Origin: an uncultured Alphaproteobacteria bacterium
Lineage (GTDB): Bacteria; Pseudomonadota; Alphaproteobacteria; Rhizobiales; Hyphomicrobiaceae
DNA: 64,000 nucleotides
Assembly: GCA_963831345.1 (NCBI GenBank)
Contig: CAWHPZ010000039.1
Span: 33,118 to 97,117 of the forward strand
Direction of reading: 5' to 3'
The notes under the pieces are model-generated. The model saw nothing but the letters and a program-made list of their open reading frames with translations, did no database searches and was not told the origin of the DNA. Positions within the stretch are counted from its first letter, which is position 1. Every line of letters begins with the position of its first letter. The position numbers were made by a program, and so were the translations under genes. Positions 31,736 through 42,530 of this stretch are shown piece after piece.

Positions 31736-32512
31736 GTGTGGGCGAAACTAACCAGAAAGAAACCTGAAGCCACCAAGCCAAGCGCGGTGGCGGATGCTCC
31801 GGTTGCGAGCGTGCCGGACGGCCATCGGATTTACGCCATTGGCGATATCCACGGACGGGCGGATCTTCTCGACAGCATAGCGCGCGAGATCGAAGCCGAT
31901 CTCAGCTCCGCTCCGGTGGCTACGGCATCGGCGGTTTTTCTCGGAGACTACGTCGACCGCGGGCCCCATTCGTCGCAGGTGCTCGAGCGCTTGGCGCACC
32001 GTGACTTCCCTGTTCCGTTCGTCGCACTCCGCGGCAACCATGAGCAGATGCTTTTAAACTTCCTCGCCGATCCCGCGTTTCTCTCAACCTGGCGGCAATT
32101 CGGCGGGCTCGAGGCTCTGCACTCCTTCGGCGTCGATCTGCGCGATGCCCGCGAGGGACGCGACTATGAGCGCGCCCACGCAGAGCTTGTCGAGGCGATG
32201 TCTCCCGAGGTGCGGGCATTTCTCGAACAAACGCCAACGTCGTTCCAGGCCGGCGATTACTTCTTCTGCCATGCGGGTGTGCGGCCGAACGTTCCCCTCG
32301 CATCGCAGGTCGACAAGGACCTCATGTGGATCCGCGACGACTTCCTGCGTTCGCCCGCCTACCATGGCAAAATCGTAATCCACGGCCACACGCCTGTCGA
32401 CGAACCCGACTTGCGTCCGAACCGTATCAACATCGACACAGGCGCCTACGTGAGCGGACGGCTCACGAGCCTCGTGCTCGAAGGGCAAAGCCGGCGGTTT
32501 TTGTCGACGTGA
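31736..32512 (+). CDS. Serine/threonine protein phosphatase (calcineurin-like metallophosphoesterase)
   Basis: GDIHG, GDYVDRG, RGNHE, HAG, HGHTP, IDTGA. Confidence 0.92.
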   Translation: MWAKLTRKKPEATKPSAVADAPVASVPDGHRIYAIGDIHGRADLLDSIAREIEADLSSAPVATASAVFLGDYVDRGPHSSQVLERLAHRDFPVPFVALRGNHEQMLLNFLADPAFLSTWRQFGGLEALHSFGVDLRDAREGRDYERAHAELVEAMSPEVRAFLEQTPTSFQAGDYFFCHAGVRPNVPLASQVDKDLMWIRDDFLRSPAYHGKIVIHGHTPVDEPDLRPNRINIDTGAYVSGRLTSLVLEGQSRRFLST

Positions 32513-32559
32513 GCCGCGACGCAAACGCACATTAAGAGCCAGTCGCAGGCCAAACGTCG

Positions 32560-32574
32560 TTAATGTAACATTAA
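32560..32574. promoter_or_regulatory. CtrA box
   Basis: TTAA-TGTTACA-TTAAC on the minus strand, 60 nt before the GT2 start. Confidence 0.6.
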
Positions 32575-32633
32575 ACTCATGGACATGAGTGGTTCGCGCC
32601 CGCAAACTTCGCGTGGTCTTTCGAGAACCATTC

Positions 32634-33615
32634 ATGACATCGAACCCGCGCCGCATTTCCGTAGTCGTGCCAACCCGTGATCGGCCGGCCTTGGTGCGGC
32701 AAGCGCTTGCCAGCATTCGCGCGCATGAAGGTCCGCTCTACTCGTTCGAGAATTCTCGTAGCCGACAACGGTACGACACCGGAAACACCAGAGGTGGCTG
32801 AAGCCTTCGGCGCGACCTACATCAAGGTCGATGAGCAAGGTGCGGGCGCGGCGCGCAACGCGGGACTCAGAGCCGCCACCGCAGAGTATGTGGCGTTTCT
32901 CGATGATGACGACGTCTGGCTTCCGAGCCACCTCGGCAAGCATTTCGAGGCGCTCGATGCCGACCCCAAGATCGAAGCTGTTCTTGGACAGGTCATCTAC
33001 ACCGATCCGGAACTGCAGCCGCTCGGCGCGCCCTATCCCGCCGATGCGCCTCGCTCGGGCGTAGATCTCCTGAAAAATCTTCTAGGCGATTATCTCCCGC
33101 AGATCGGCACGCTGGTGGCGCGTGCCTGCGTCCTCGCCTCCGTCGGAGAGTTTGACGAGACGCTGCTGGGAGGCCAGGACATAGAATGGCTCCTGCGCAT
33201 TGCACGCCGGCGCACGATGGGGTTCGTCGCTGTTCCATCTCTGCTGTTCCGCGGCCGCCCGTATCAAACTTACGACGCGCTGCAGATCCAGCGCATCTAT
33301 TTCGCCCGCAGAGTTTTCCTGAGGCATGCGCTTCCGGAATGGCGTCTGTGGCGCTCGCCCATTTCCTTTTTCAGGGGTTACACGACAAGGCTCTGGCACT
33401 TCTACCAGTACTTCGTCGACGCTGCGGTCACGCGTTCCGAAGCCGGGGACCGCGCGGGTGCCATGCGGGCGATCATCGGAGCTTTTCGCGTATTTCCTCT
33501 GCGCGCCACCTATCACATGGTCGCGCCGAAGCCGCTCAGAAAAGCAGCACTCACAGCGCTGACATTTCACTGGCGCGGCCATACGCGACCGGCTGCAAAA
33601 GAGGACCTCCTGTAA
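32634..33615 (+). CDS. Glycosyltransferase family 2, copy 1; frameshifts near 32730-32760
   Basis: ISVVVPTRDRP, ARNAG, FLDDDDVW; close paralog of the next gene. Confidence 0.9.
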
Positions 33616-33989
33616 TTTGCGTTGTTTGCAGAGTTCGCGTTCTCGACGGCGATTCGCTTGAGATGGACGTGGTACATTTCGTAATCGATTGTCGGCGGCC
33701 GCACCGATCAATTCCATAGACAGAGCGCATCTCCGAGCGCACACTGCATATGCATTGGCAGGCTCAGGCATCTCAGGCCTCATGTAAAAACGGCCTTGAA
33801 GCATTTCGCCTAAACGGTTTTAAGAGCATTCCGTTGGTGGCGATCGTTCAGCGCAAATGACGCGAAGCCGGCACTCTTCCGGCGCTATGCGTAAAATTAT
33901 CTTAAAATTACACATTTGTAAAAATTTCGCGCGACGAAGTTTTCGGGGCTCTGTTCGGCGATGCTCTCGACGGGAGTGGAGTAGTGAGT

Positions 33990-34958
33990 ATGACCCAACA
34001 TCCGCGCCGTATCTCTGTCATCGTTCCAACCTTCAATCGGCCGAAATTCTTAAGGGAGGCGCTTGCCAGCATTCGCGCGCTCGAAGGGGCACTCTACTCC
34101 TTCGAAATTCTTGTCGCCGATAACGGATCGACACCTGAAACGCGCGATATCGCCGAAGCCTATGGCGCCCGCTATATCAAGGTCGAAAGGAGGGGAGCCA
34201 GCGAAGCCCGCAATGCCGGCCTCAGAGCGGCGACTGGCGACTATATCGCGTTCCTTGATGACGACGATGTCTGGCTTTCGAGCCACCTCGGCAAGCATTT
34301 CGAGGTCCTCGATGCCGACCCTAAAATCGAAGCAGTTCTTGGACAGGTCATCTACACGGATCACGAGCTCAAGCCGCTCGGTCCGCCGTCGCCCGAGATC
34401 GCGCCAGCCAGCGGGGAAGACCTGCTCTGCAGACTACTAAGTGACTATCTGCCTCAGATCGGTACGATTGTCGCCCGCGCGCGCATTGTCCGCGCCAACG
34501 GCGAGTTCTACGAAAGCTTGGAAGGCGGCGAGGATCTGGATTGGCTGATACGGATGGGGCGCCAGCGCACGATGGCGTTCGTCCCAGTTCCCTGTCTGCT
34601 TTTTCGCGGCCGCCCATATCTGACCTACGACGCGCTGCAAATTCATCGCACCCATTTCGGCCGCAAAGTATTCTTGATGCATGCTCTTCCGGAATGGCGT
34701 CTATGGCGCTCGCCGGCTCACTTTTTGAAGGCTTACACGGCAAGGCTCTGGCACTTCTATCAGTACTTCGTCGACGCTGCGGTCAAGCGCTCCGAAGCCG
34801 GGGACCGGACGGGCGCCGTCCAGGCGATTTTCGGCGCTTTCCGCGTGTTTCCCCTGCGCGCGGCCTATCATATGGTCGCGCCGAAGCCGCTCAGGAAAGC
34901 AGCGCTCACGGTGCTGACTTCCCACTCGCGCGGCGCAACGCGAACGGCCCCCAAATAA
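33990..34958 (+). CDS. Glycosyltransferase family 2, copy 2
   Basis: ISVIVPTFNRP, VADNGS, ARNAG, FLDDDDVW, GED. Confidence 0.93.
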   Translation: MTQHPRRISVIVPTFNRPKFLREALASIRALEGALYSFEILVADNGSTPETRDIAEAYGARYIKVERRGASEARNAGLRAATGDYIAFLDDDDVWLSSHLGKHFEVLDADPKIEAVLGQVIYTDHELKPLGPPSPEIAPASGEDLLCRLLSDYLPQIGTIVARARIVRANGEFYESLEGGEDLDWLIRMGRQRTMAFVPVPCLLFRGRPYLTYDALQIHRTHFGRKVFLMHALPEWRLWRSPAHFLKAYTARLWHFYQYFVDAAVKRSEAGDRTGAVQAIFGAFRVFPLRAAYHMVAPKPLRKAALTVLTSHSRGATRTAPK

Positions 34959-35018
34959 GACGTCACGTAACCGCGTTGCGCATTGAGCTGATGCCGTGTT
35001 CGTGATGCCGGGTGTGGA

Positions 35019-35942
35019 TTATCCGCGCCGCTTGGCCTTGCCGCCCAGCAGGGCTTCGCGGACGCGGTCCAATCCATAGGCCGCAAGCCCGGCCAGGTTT
35101 CCCTTCACGACGGTCCAATAGGAAAGATTGCATCCGGGATCGAACAGCGATCCGCCCCGGCTCTCGCGCACGGCATTTCTCGCGGCCCAATAGATGTGCT
35201 TTGAGAACCTGGGATCCGCGAAGAGATACTTCGAATAGAGCGCCCCGGTGCCGTAGTGATAGGCGTGGTTCAATTGCTTGATGGCCAGATCGCCTTTGCG
35301 GCCATGGAAGTGGTGGACCACCATATCGGGCACATACTCGACGGCGATCCCCTTGCGATGAGCGCGGTACAGCAAATCGGTGTCTTCGCCCGATCGATAG
35401 CGGGCGCCCGCGCCAAACCGCTCGTCGAATGGTCCAAGCTCATCCATCACGCTTCTGGGCACCATCATATTGCAGCCGAGGACGAAGCTGCCGGGATGGA
35501 CCGCGCCCTCAAGGCGCGCGCGCTCACGGCTGGTCTTGATGGTGAAGGGAATATCCGTGGGATCTCCGAGCTCGACGCGGCCGCCGATTATTCTCTTCTC
35601 GGCATTTGATGCGAGATGATCGGCAAGCTCCCTGCAATACGTCGTGCTCAAGACGCAATCGTCGTCGGTGAAGACGAAAAATTCGCCGGGTGCGCTGGCA
35701 ACGCCCAAGTTGCGGCTTGCCGAGAGGCCGGGGCGCTCGAGAAAGAGCCGCTTGGCTTCGAGAGGCGCGCTCGGGGCCCATGCATCGAAAACGCCTGCCG
35801 TATCATCGGTCGAGCCATTATCGACGAGCGTAAGGTCGTAGCGATGCTCCGGGGCAGCCTCCACGGCGCGCGAGATCAACTCGAGGGTGCGGCGAAGCTG
35901 AGGGGCTCGATTGCGGGTGCAGATTATGAATGAGAAATGCAT
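35019..35942 (-). CDS. Glycosyltransferase family 2
   Basis: IICTRNR, VDNGSTD, FTDDDC, FDERFG, GEDTD. Confidence 0.92.
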   Translation of the reverse strand: MHFSFIICTRNRAPQLRRTLELISRAVEAAPEHRYDLTLVDNGSTDDTAGVFDAWAPSAPLEAKRLFLERPGLSASRNLGVASAPGEFFVFTDDDCVLSTTYCRELADHLASNAEKRIIGGRVELGDPTDIPFTIKTSRERARLEGAVHPGSFVLGCNMMVPRSVMDELGPFDERFGAGARYRSGEDTDLLYRAHRKGIAVEYVPDMVVHHFHGRKGDLAIKQLNHAYHYGTGALYSKYLFADPRFSKHIYWAARNAVRESRGGSLFDPGCNLSYWTVVKGNLAGLAAYGLDRVREALLGGKAKRRG

Positions 35943-36037
35943 GGAGATTTGAATTCTCGCGTCCGCAATTCAGTCCTACGAGCTCGTCAGGCCGAGAGTC
36001 TGCTGAGGCTGGCTGCTGAGCTGGCCGCTAAGGCTGG

Positions 36038-37078
36038 TCAATCAACGTCCGGCCACCAGCCGACCTGGTGCGCCTGCATATGCCATAAATTTTTGTCGTC
36101 GCTCCACAAGGTGCCCGAGCCGCGGATGCGCCGTGCAACCTCGCGTCCGACAAGCCGCTTGAGCTGGAATTTCCAATAGACGACGGAGCGCCACATCGCC
36201 GGATCGTGCTCGGCGGCAAAGGCCATCATTTCCCGCCACCGGCGGTCGTCGTCATCTCTTTCGTAAGCGAAGCTCGCCAGTATCAAGGCTTCGCGGGCAA
36301 GGGCGTGCTCCATCTTGGTCACCCACTTGCCGAGGTCAGGATGTCCCGACCCCCACTTCTCGAGCACCTCCCTGCAGGTCAGGATGCGCTCGCGCCGGTC
36401 GCTGACGGGCTGACCGTAGAAGTCGGCGCTCATGTTGGCGCGGTGCCAGCGATAGAACCCCTGCAATTCATGGACGACGCCGATCGACGCGCGCGTCGCG
36501 ATCCGCATCCACATTTCAAGGTCGGACGTATGCGGGAGGTGCGGACAATATCCGCCCAGCTCCTTCTGCAGGCTGGTTCGCACGACGGCGCATGGCGAAG
36601 GCACGGGATTCCCATGCTCGCAGGATCGCTGCAGGAAGTCCGACCCGCTTATGATGCGGAACGTCGGCGCGCCTGGATCGGGAAGATCCGGAAGGCCGGC
36701 TTCGCCTCCCACGATTTCCGCAATGCCGTAGACCATGCCGACGCCAGGGTGCGCATCGAGCACGGTGGCGGCGCGGGACAGGGCTCCCGGCGTCAAGGCG
36801 TCATCGGCCGAAAGAAGCAGCCAGTATGTCGCCGTTACCCAGTCGATGCCCTCATTGGCGGTGCCGATGAGGCCACGGTTCACCTCGTGCCGCCGGTACG
36901 TCACGCGCGGATCGGATGCGGCGAGCGCCATGCCGATCTCGGCACTGTCGTCGGAGGACTTATCGTCGATGATGAGCACTCGCACATCGACGTCGCGCTG
37001 CGAAAGGATGCTGCCGACGCAGGCTCTCAGGTACCGTCCGTAATTGTAGCAAGGGACGACGACATCAACGGAGCTCAT
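36038..37078 (-). CDS. Glycosyltransferase family 2
   Basis: VVVPCYNYG, IDDKSSD, LSADD, HTSDLEMW. Confidence 0.92.
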   Translation of the reverse strand: MSSVDVVVPCYNYGRYLRACVGSILSQRDVDVRVLIIDDKSSDDSAEIGMALAASDPRVTYRRHEVNRGLIGTANEGIDWVTATYWLLLSADDALTPGALSRAATVLDAHPGVGMVYGIAEIVGGEAGLPDLPDPGAPTFRIISGSDFLQRSCEHGNPVPSPCAVVRTSLQKELGGYCPHLPHTSDLEMWMRIATRASIGVVHELQGFYRWHRANMSADFYGQPVSDRRERILTCREVLEKWGSGHPDLGKWVTKMEHALAREALILASFAYERDDDDRRWREMMAFAAEHDPAMWRSVVYWKFQLKRLVGREVARRIRGSGTLWSDDKNLWHMQAHQVGWWPDVD

Positions 37079-38330
37079 TCGACACCTTGGCCTCGGCAGG
37101 CTGCGGTTCGATTTTCCAGTCGCCCGGTTCGTGCATCACGCCGAAGGCGCTGGCTTCGAAAATGGGATGGCGAACGTGGAACGACCCGCCGGTCTGAGCG
37201 CACAGAATGCGGCGGAAGCTGCGCTCCCGCACCACGATCGACACAGTATACATATCGGCCACGAGCTTCAGGGGCGGCGTGAGCAATTCTATGACACCCT
37301 CGCCCGACACGCTGTCGATCTCCACGCCATCCGATATGCTGCTGAAGTTGCAGCACAAGAGATCATCCGATCGCGTAAGGGAAAAAAGGAAGTTCGGACG
37401 CTCAATGGGCTCGGACGCGTCGTACCGGACTCGAATGCGCAGACGCTCGCCGAAATCGAACAACGAACGTTCCTGGCCGTTCTCGCCCATGATCTCGACG
37501 CTGGTCACGTCGATTTGCGGCAGACCCGGCTCGGGATGGAACCAGGGCGCGGTCGCGAGCCGGCAGTCAGCCTCATAGCGCTTCAAGCCTTCGTCCACGG
37601 GACCGTCGTAGACGACCTCGCCGCGCTTCAGATAGATGACGCGCTGGCACATGGACTTGATGGAAAACATGTTGTGCGAGACGAAGAGGATCGTCGCGCC
37701 CTTGCGCTCGAGCTCATGGGCGAAATCGAGGCATTTGCGCTGGAACGTGAAGTCTCCGACCGCAAGGACCTCGTCGAGCATCAGGACGTCAGGATCGAGA
37801 TGGGCGGCAACGGAAAACGCAAGCCGAACATACATGCCGCTCGAATACCGCTTCACGGGCGTGTCGATGAAGTCGGCAATCTCGGAAAATTCGACGATGG
37901 CGTCGAACTTGCTCTCGATCTCCTCCCTCGTCATGCCGAGGATCGACCCGTAGAGAAGCACGTTCTCGCGGCCGGTCAGCTCCTGGTGGAACCCCGTACC
38001 CACCTCGATCAGCGCGCCGAGCCGGCCCTCGACACGACCGGTGCCCTCGGTCGGCGTGGTGATGCGCGATAGAATTTTAAGGAGCGTGCTCTTGCCTGCG
38101 CCGTTGAGGCCGATGATGCCGACGTTCTCTCCGCGGGCGATATCGAATGTGGCGTTCTTAAGCGCCCAGAAGTCGCCGTCATCTTTCGCGTCGCCGTTTG
38201 CACCGGAGGGGTGAAACAGCTGCTTTACGCCGCTCTGTATCACCTCGCGGAACGAGGTGACGTCTCCACCGCGTTTTCCGCGCCGGTAGCGCTTGCTCAG
38301 GCCGCGTACGGAGATCGCGAGTTCACTCAT
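37065..38330 (-). CDS. wzt: Polysaccharide ABC transporter ATPase with Wzt C-terminal domain
   Basis: GLNGAGKST, LTGREN, YSSGMYVRLAF, LDEVLAVGD, C-terminal carbohydrate-binding extension. Confidence 0.95.
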   Translation of the reverse strand: MSELAISVRGLSKRYRRGKRGGDVTSFREVIQSGVKQLFHPSGANGDAKDDGDFWALKNATFDIARGENVGIIGLNGAGKSTLLKILSRITTPTEGTGRVEGRLGALIEVGTGFHQELTGRENVLLYGSILGMTREEIESKFDAIVEFSEIADFIDTPVKRYSSGMYVRLAFSVAAHLDPDVLMLDEVLAVGDFTFQRKCLDFAHELERKGATILFVSHNMFSIKSMCQRVIYLKRGEVVYDGPVDEGLKRYEADCRLATAPWFHPEPGLPQIDVTSVEIMGENGQERSLFDFGERLRIRVRYDASEPIERPNFLFSLTRSDDLLCCNFSSISDGVEIDSVSGEGVIELLTPPLKLVADMYTVSIVVRERSFRRILCAQTGGSFHVRHPIFEASAFGVMHEPGDWKIEPQPAEAKVSNELR

Positions 38331-39211
38331 CAGATTACGTCCGCAAATGATTGTTCCATGCGCTTGAAGAACATCAGACCACCGGCCAGCAGGATGCCGA
38401 TCAAAACAAGGCTGATACCAAGCGACATGACATGTAGCTCGCCCGCGCCGAAGACGGCCCAGCGAAAGCCTTCGATCACTCCGACCATGGGATTGAGCGA
38501 ATACGCCCACTGCCATTCCTTCGGCACCATGCTCAGCGGATAGACGATGGGCGACGCATACATCCAGACCTGAATGATGAATGGCAGCGTGTGCTTGATG
38601 TCGCGGAAGCGCACGTTGAGCGGGCCCAGCCACAGGCCCATGGCCAGCGCGAGCAGGCCTGAGAGGACGATCAGCGGGAGCACGGCGAGGAGATGCCACG
38701 ACGGCATGATCCCGTACCACAGCATGAGCACCAGCAGGATGACGAAGCCGATGCCGAACTCGACGATCGGAGAGATCACGCCCGTGAGCGGAATGATGAG
38801 CCGCGGGAAATAGACCTTGCGCACGAGCTCGGCGTCGGTCACGAGCCCCGTGGCGCTACGGCGGAAGGCTTCCGAGAAGTAGGTCCACGGCAGGACGCCA
38901 GCGAAGGCGAACACCGCATACGGGATACCGTTGGTCGATATCTTGGCAAAGTGCCCGAAGACGATGGTGAAGATGGCGACGGCGAACACCGGCTGGATGA
39001 TGGCCCAAGCCACGCCGAACGCCGCTTGCCGATAGAGGACCTGGATGTCGCGCATCATGAGTACGAACAGCAGCTCGCGAAACTGCCAGACGGATTCGAT
39101 ATCGAGATCGAAGAGGCCGCGCCGCGGGCGAATGTCAAATCCTGCAGGGCGCTTGCGTTTGACAGCGTCGAGGGCCGGCTGAAGATCGGAACTTGGTTGC
39201 ACTACGTTCAT
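38330..39211 (-). CDS. wzm: Polysaccharide ABC transporter permease
   Basis: RDIQVLYRQ, KVYFPR, FRDIKH, SPIVYP, LNPM. Confidence 0.93.
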   Translation of the reverse strand: MNVVQPSSDLQPALDAVKRKRPAGFDIRPRRGLFDLDIESVWQFRELLFVLMMRDIQVLYRQAAFGVAWAIIQPVFAVAIFTIVFGHFAKISTNGIPYAVFAFAGVLPWTYFSEAFRRSATGLVTDAELVRKVYFPRLIIPLTGVISPIVEFGIGFVILLVLMLWYGIMPSWHLLAVLPLIVLSGLLALAMGLWLGPLNVRFRDIKHTLPFIIQVWMYASPIVYPLSMVPKEWQWAYSLNPMVGVIEGFRWAVFGAGELHVMSLGISLVLIGILLAGGLMFFKRMEQSFADVI

Positions 39212-40355
39212 CTTGTGGCGCAGGCCTGTTTCAATGTGGAAACGACGTGGTCTTGCTCTACGTGGGTCATCTGCGGATAGAGCGGCAGCATGACCGAGCG
39301 ATCCTGGGCGGCCTCCGAGCGCGGCAGCGAGACACCGCGGTAGTCACTGGCATAGGAGTCTTCGCGGTGCGTGCACATCACGCCGCGTCGCGTGGCAATA
39401 CCGGCATCGAGCATGCTCTGCATGACGGCCTTCTGATCGCAACCGTCCGGAAGGCGGACACAATAGCTTTGCCAGTTGCTCTTGGCGTAGGCTGGCTCCT
39501 CAGGAGCTTTTATAGCCGAATTGTCGGAAAAAAGAGCCGTATAGCGAGCGGCGAGGGCGCGGCGCGCGGTCACAACCTCCGGCAGGCGCTTCAGCTGCTC
39601 GCGCCCGACCGCCGCCTGGATGTCGGTCATGCGGTAGTTGTAGCCGACGATCGGGATAGCTCTCGAAGATCACCTGCGCCGAGCCGTGGCGCACGGTGTC
39701 GGGCACGCTCATGCCGTGCTGGCGCAGCAGCCGGAAGGTCGCGTCGAACTCGGCGTTGGCGGTGGTGAGCATGCCGCCGTCGCCGGTGGTCATGATCTTG
39801 CGCGGATGGAACGAGAAGCAGGCGATGTCGCCGTGCGGCCGGCCGATCCTCTCCCATCGCCCCTCCCAGTGGATCTCGCTGCCGATGCGCGCAGGCGGCG
39901 TCCTCGATGACGCGGGATCTCGTGCGCGCCGGCAACGGCTACGATCGCCTCGAGATCGCAGGGCATGCCGATCTGGTGCACGCAGAGGATGGCCTGCGTT
40001 CTCGGCGTGATCGCCGCCTCGATGAGCGGCGGGATCGATGTTGTAGGTGCCCGGCTCGACGTCGACGAACACCGGGGTCGCGCCGCAGTAGCGGATGGCG
40101 TTGGCGGTGGCGATGAACGAATGGCTGACGGTGATGACCTCGTCGCCGGCCTTGATGCCGAGCGCAAGCAAGCGCAAGATGCAGCGCGGTGGTGCAGCTC
40201 GACACGGCGCAGGCGTGGGGCGCGCCGACGAAGGCCGCGAACTCCTTCTCGAAGGCCGCAACCTCCGGCCCTTGCGTGATCCAGCCGCACAGGATGACGC
40301 GGCGCGCGGCGTCCGCCTCGCGCTCGTCCATGACGGGGCGGATGATCGGGATCAT
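39208..40355 (-). CDS. DegT/DnrJ family sugar aminotransferase; several frameshifts
   Basis: WITQGPEV, SSCTTALHL, EDAACA, FSFHPRK, GYNYRMTDIQAA. Confidence 0.9.
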
Positions 40356-41332
40356 GCTGGCCGCCTTGGACTTGGCTGCCTGCCACCAGTCGACCAGGCG
40401 CCGCAAGCCTTCCTCGAGATCGACCTCGGCGCGGAAGCCGAGCATGCTGCTCGGCCTTCGTGGTGTCGGCCAGGCGCCGCGAGCACCGGGTTCACCTTGC
40501 GCTCGGGGCCGTACTCGGGCTTCAGGTCCGAGCCCATGACGCGTGAGCAGGGCCGCGGCGAGATCGTTGAGGCTCGTCTCGGTGCCGCTCGCGACGTTGA
40601 ACACGTCGTCGCCGACGATCGGACTGCAGCGCCAGGATGTTGGCGCGCGCGATGTCGTCGATATAGACGAAGTCCATGGTCTGCTTGCCGTCGCCCAGGA
40701 TGAGCGGCGGCTGGCCGGCAGCGATGCGCTCCATCCAGCGGATCAGCACCTCGGTGTACTTGCCGTGGATGTCCATGCGCGGGCCGTAGACGTTGAAGTA
40801 GCGCAGCGCGACGTAGGGCAGGCCGTACATGTCGTTGAACGAGCGCAGCAGGCCTTCGAGCATGACCTTGCTGGCGCCGTACCAGGTGCGGTTGTTGTAG
40901 GGGTGATGGTCCTCGGTGGTCGGAAACGTATCGGCCAGGCCGTAGACGGACGCCGACGAGGCGGCGACGACCTTCTTGACGCCCGCGGCCTGGGCGGCTT
41001 CGAGCACGTTGAAGCTGCCGTCGCACATGACCTCGAGGGCTTCGCGCGGCTCGGCGGCGCAGGCGGTGATGCGCAAGCGTCGCCATGTGGATGACGGCGT
41101 CCATGCCCTTCGTCACCTTGTGCACGGCGGCGACGTCGCGGATGTCGCCCTGCACGAGGGTCACGCGCGGGTCCTTCAGCGCGGTTTCGACGTTGGCGAG
41201 CGTGCCGCGCACGAGATTGTCGAAGATCACGATCTTCGCCGGCGCATGGTCGCGCAGCAGAAGATCGATGGTCGTCGAGCCGACGAGGCCGCATCCGCCC
41301 GTCACTAAGATATTCGAACCACGCACGTCCAT
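40352..41332 (-). CDS. NAD-dependent sugar epimerase/dehydratase; frameshifts
   Basis: TGGCGLVG, SSASVYG, YGASK, RYFNVYGP. Confidence 0.9.
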   Translation of the reverse strand: MDVRGSNILVTGGCGLVGSTTIDLLLRDHAPAKIVIFDNLVRGTLANVETALKDPRVTLVQGDIRDVAAVHKVTKGMDAVIHMATLAHHRLRRRAARSPRGHVRRQLQRARSRPGRGRQEGRRRLVGVRLRPGRYVSDHRGPSPLQQPHLVRRQQGHARRPAALVQRHVRPALRRAALLQRLRPAHGHPRQVHRGADPLDGAHRCRPAAAHPGRRQADHGLRLYRRHRARQHPGAAVRSSATTCSTSRAAPRRASTISPRPCSRVMGSDLKPEYGPERKVNPVLAAPGRHHEGRAACSASAPRSISRKACGAWSTGGRQPSPRRPA

Positions 41333-41399
41333 AAGTCCACCCGTTCGTTTCTGGTCAGCAGGGAGGCGCGGCATGGGCGCGCTTCCCTTATTCTCTTGT

Positions 41400-42530
41400 T
41401 CAGCTTGCGATTTTTCTCAGCTCCAGCTCGCGCAGGCCCGCGATATCCAGGACCGCGGCGATGACCTCGTCCTGCATCGGACGCGTCAGCTCCGGATACA
41501 TCGGCAGCGACAGCACCTCGTTCGCGGCCTGCTCGGAATGGGGGAAGTCTCCGGCCTTGTAGCGCGGCGAGGCGTAGGCTTCCTGCAGATGCACCGGGAC
41601 CGGATAGTGGATGCCCGACTGGACGTCCCGCGCGTTGAGAAACTCCTGCCACTTCGCCCGCTCGGTCGTGCGTACGGCGTAGACGTGATAGACGTGGCGG
41701 CAATGCTCGCGCGCAACCGGCGTCGGAATCCCGCTATCGGCGAGCGCGTGATTGTAATAGGCCGCGGCTGCACGGCGGGCTTCGGTCCACTTCTCGAGGT
41801 GGCGCAGCTTCACGCGCAGCACGGCGCCCTGCATGCCCTCGAGACGGTAGTTATAGCCCTTCATGACGTGGTGGTATTTCTTCTCGGCACCCCAGTCGCG
41901 CAGCATGCGAATGGTGCGCGCGAAATCCGGGTTGCTGGTCGTGACCATGCCGCCTTCGCCATAGGCGCCGAGGTTTTTCCCGGGATAAAAGCTGAAGCAG
42001 CCCATGTCGCCGATGCTGCCGGCACGGCGGCCCTTGTATTCGGCGCCGTGAGCCTGACAGGCATCCTCGATGACGATCAGGCCATGTCTTTTGGCGATGG
42101 CGAGGATCGGGTCCATGTCGGCCGCCTGGCCATAGAGGTGGACCGGGATGATGGCTTTGGTCTTCGGCGTGATCGCGGCTTCGAGCAGGGCGGGGTCCAT
42201 CGTGAGGGTTATGGGATCGACATCGACGAAGGCCGGCGTCGCGCCGGTGTAGTGGATTGCCGCCGCGGTGGCCACGAACGTGAACGGCACGGTGATGACC
42301 TCGTCGCCCGGCCCGACGCCGGCCGCGAGAAGCGCCAGGTGCAACGCGCTGGTGCCGGTGTTGACGCCGATGCCGATCTTGGAGCCGCTGTAAGCCGCGA
42401 ACTCCTCCTCGAACTTCGCGACTTCAGCGCCGAGCGTGAACTGGCAGCTCTCCAGGACGCCCTGAACGGCGGCGTCGATCTCGGGTTTGATGCTGGCGTA
42501 CTGGGCCTTCAAATCAACGAACGGTATCAC
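41400..42530 (-). CDS. DegT/DnrJ family sugar aminotransferase (3-amino type, WbpE/FdtB-like)
   Basis: MIPFVDLKAQY, EDACQAHG, FSFYPGKNLGAYGEGG, HYPVP. Confidence 0.93.
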   Translation of the reverse strand: MIPFVDLKAQYASIKPEIDAAVQGVLESCQFTLGAEVAKFEEEFAAYSGSKIGIGVNTGTSALHLALLAAGVGPGDEVITVPFTFVATAAAIHYTGATPAFVDVDPITLTMDPALLEAAITPKTKAIIPVHLYGQAADMDPILAIAKRHGLIVIEDACQAHGAEYKGRRAGSIGDMGCFSFYPGKNLGAYGEGGMVTTSNPDFARTIRMLRDWGAEKKYHHVMKGYNYRLEGMQGAVLRVKLRHLEKWTEARRAAAAYYNHALADSGIPTPVAREHCRHVYHVYAVRTTERAKWQEFLNARDVQSGIHYPVPVHLQEAYASPRYKAGDFPHSEQAANEVLSLPMYPELTRPMQDEVIAAVLDIAGLRELELRKIAS

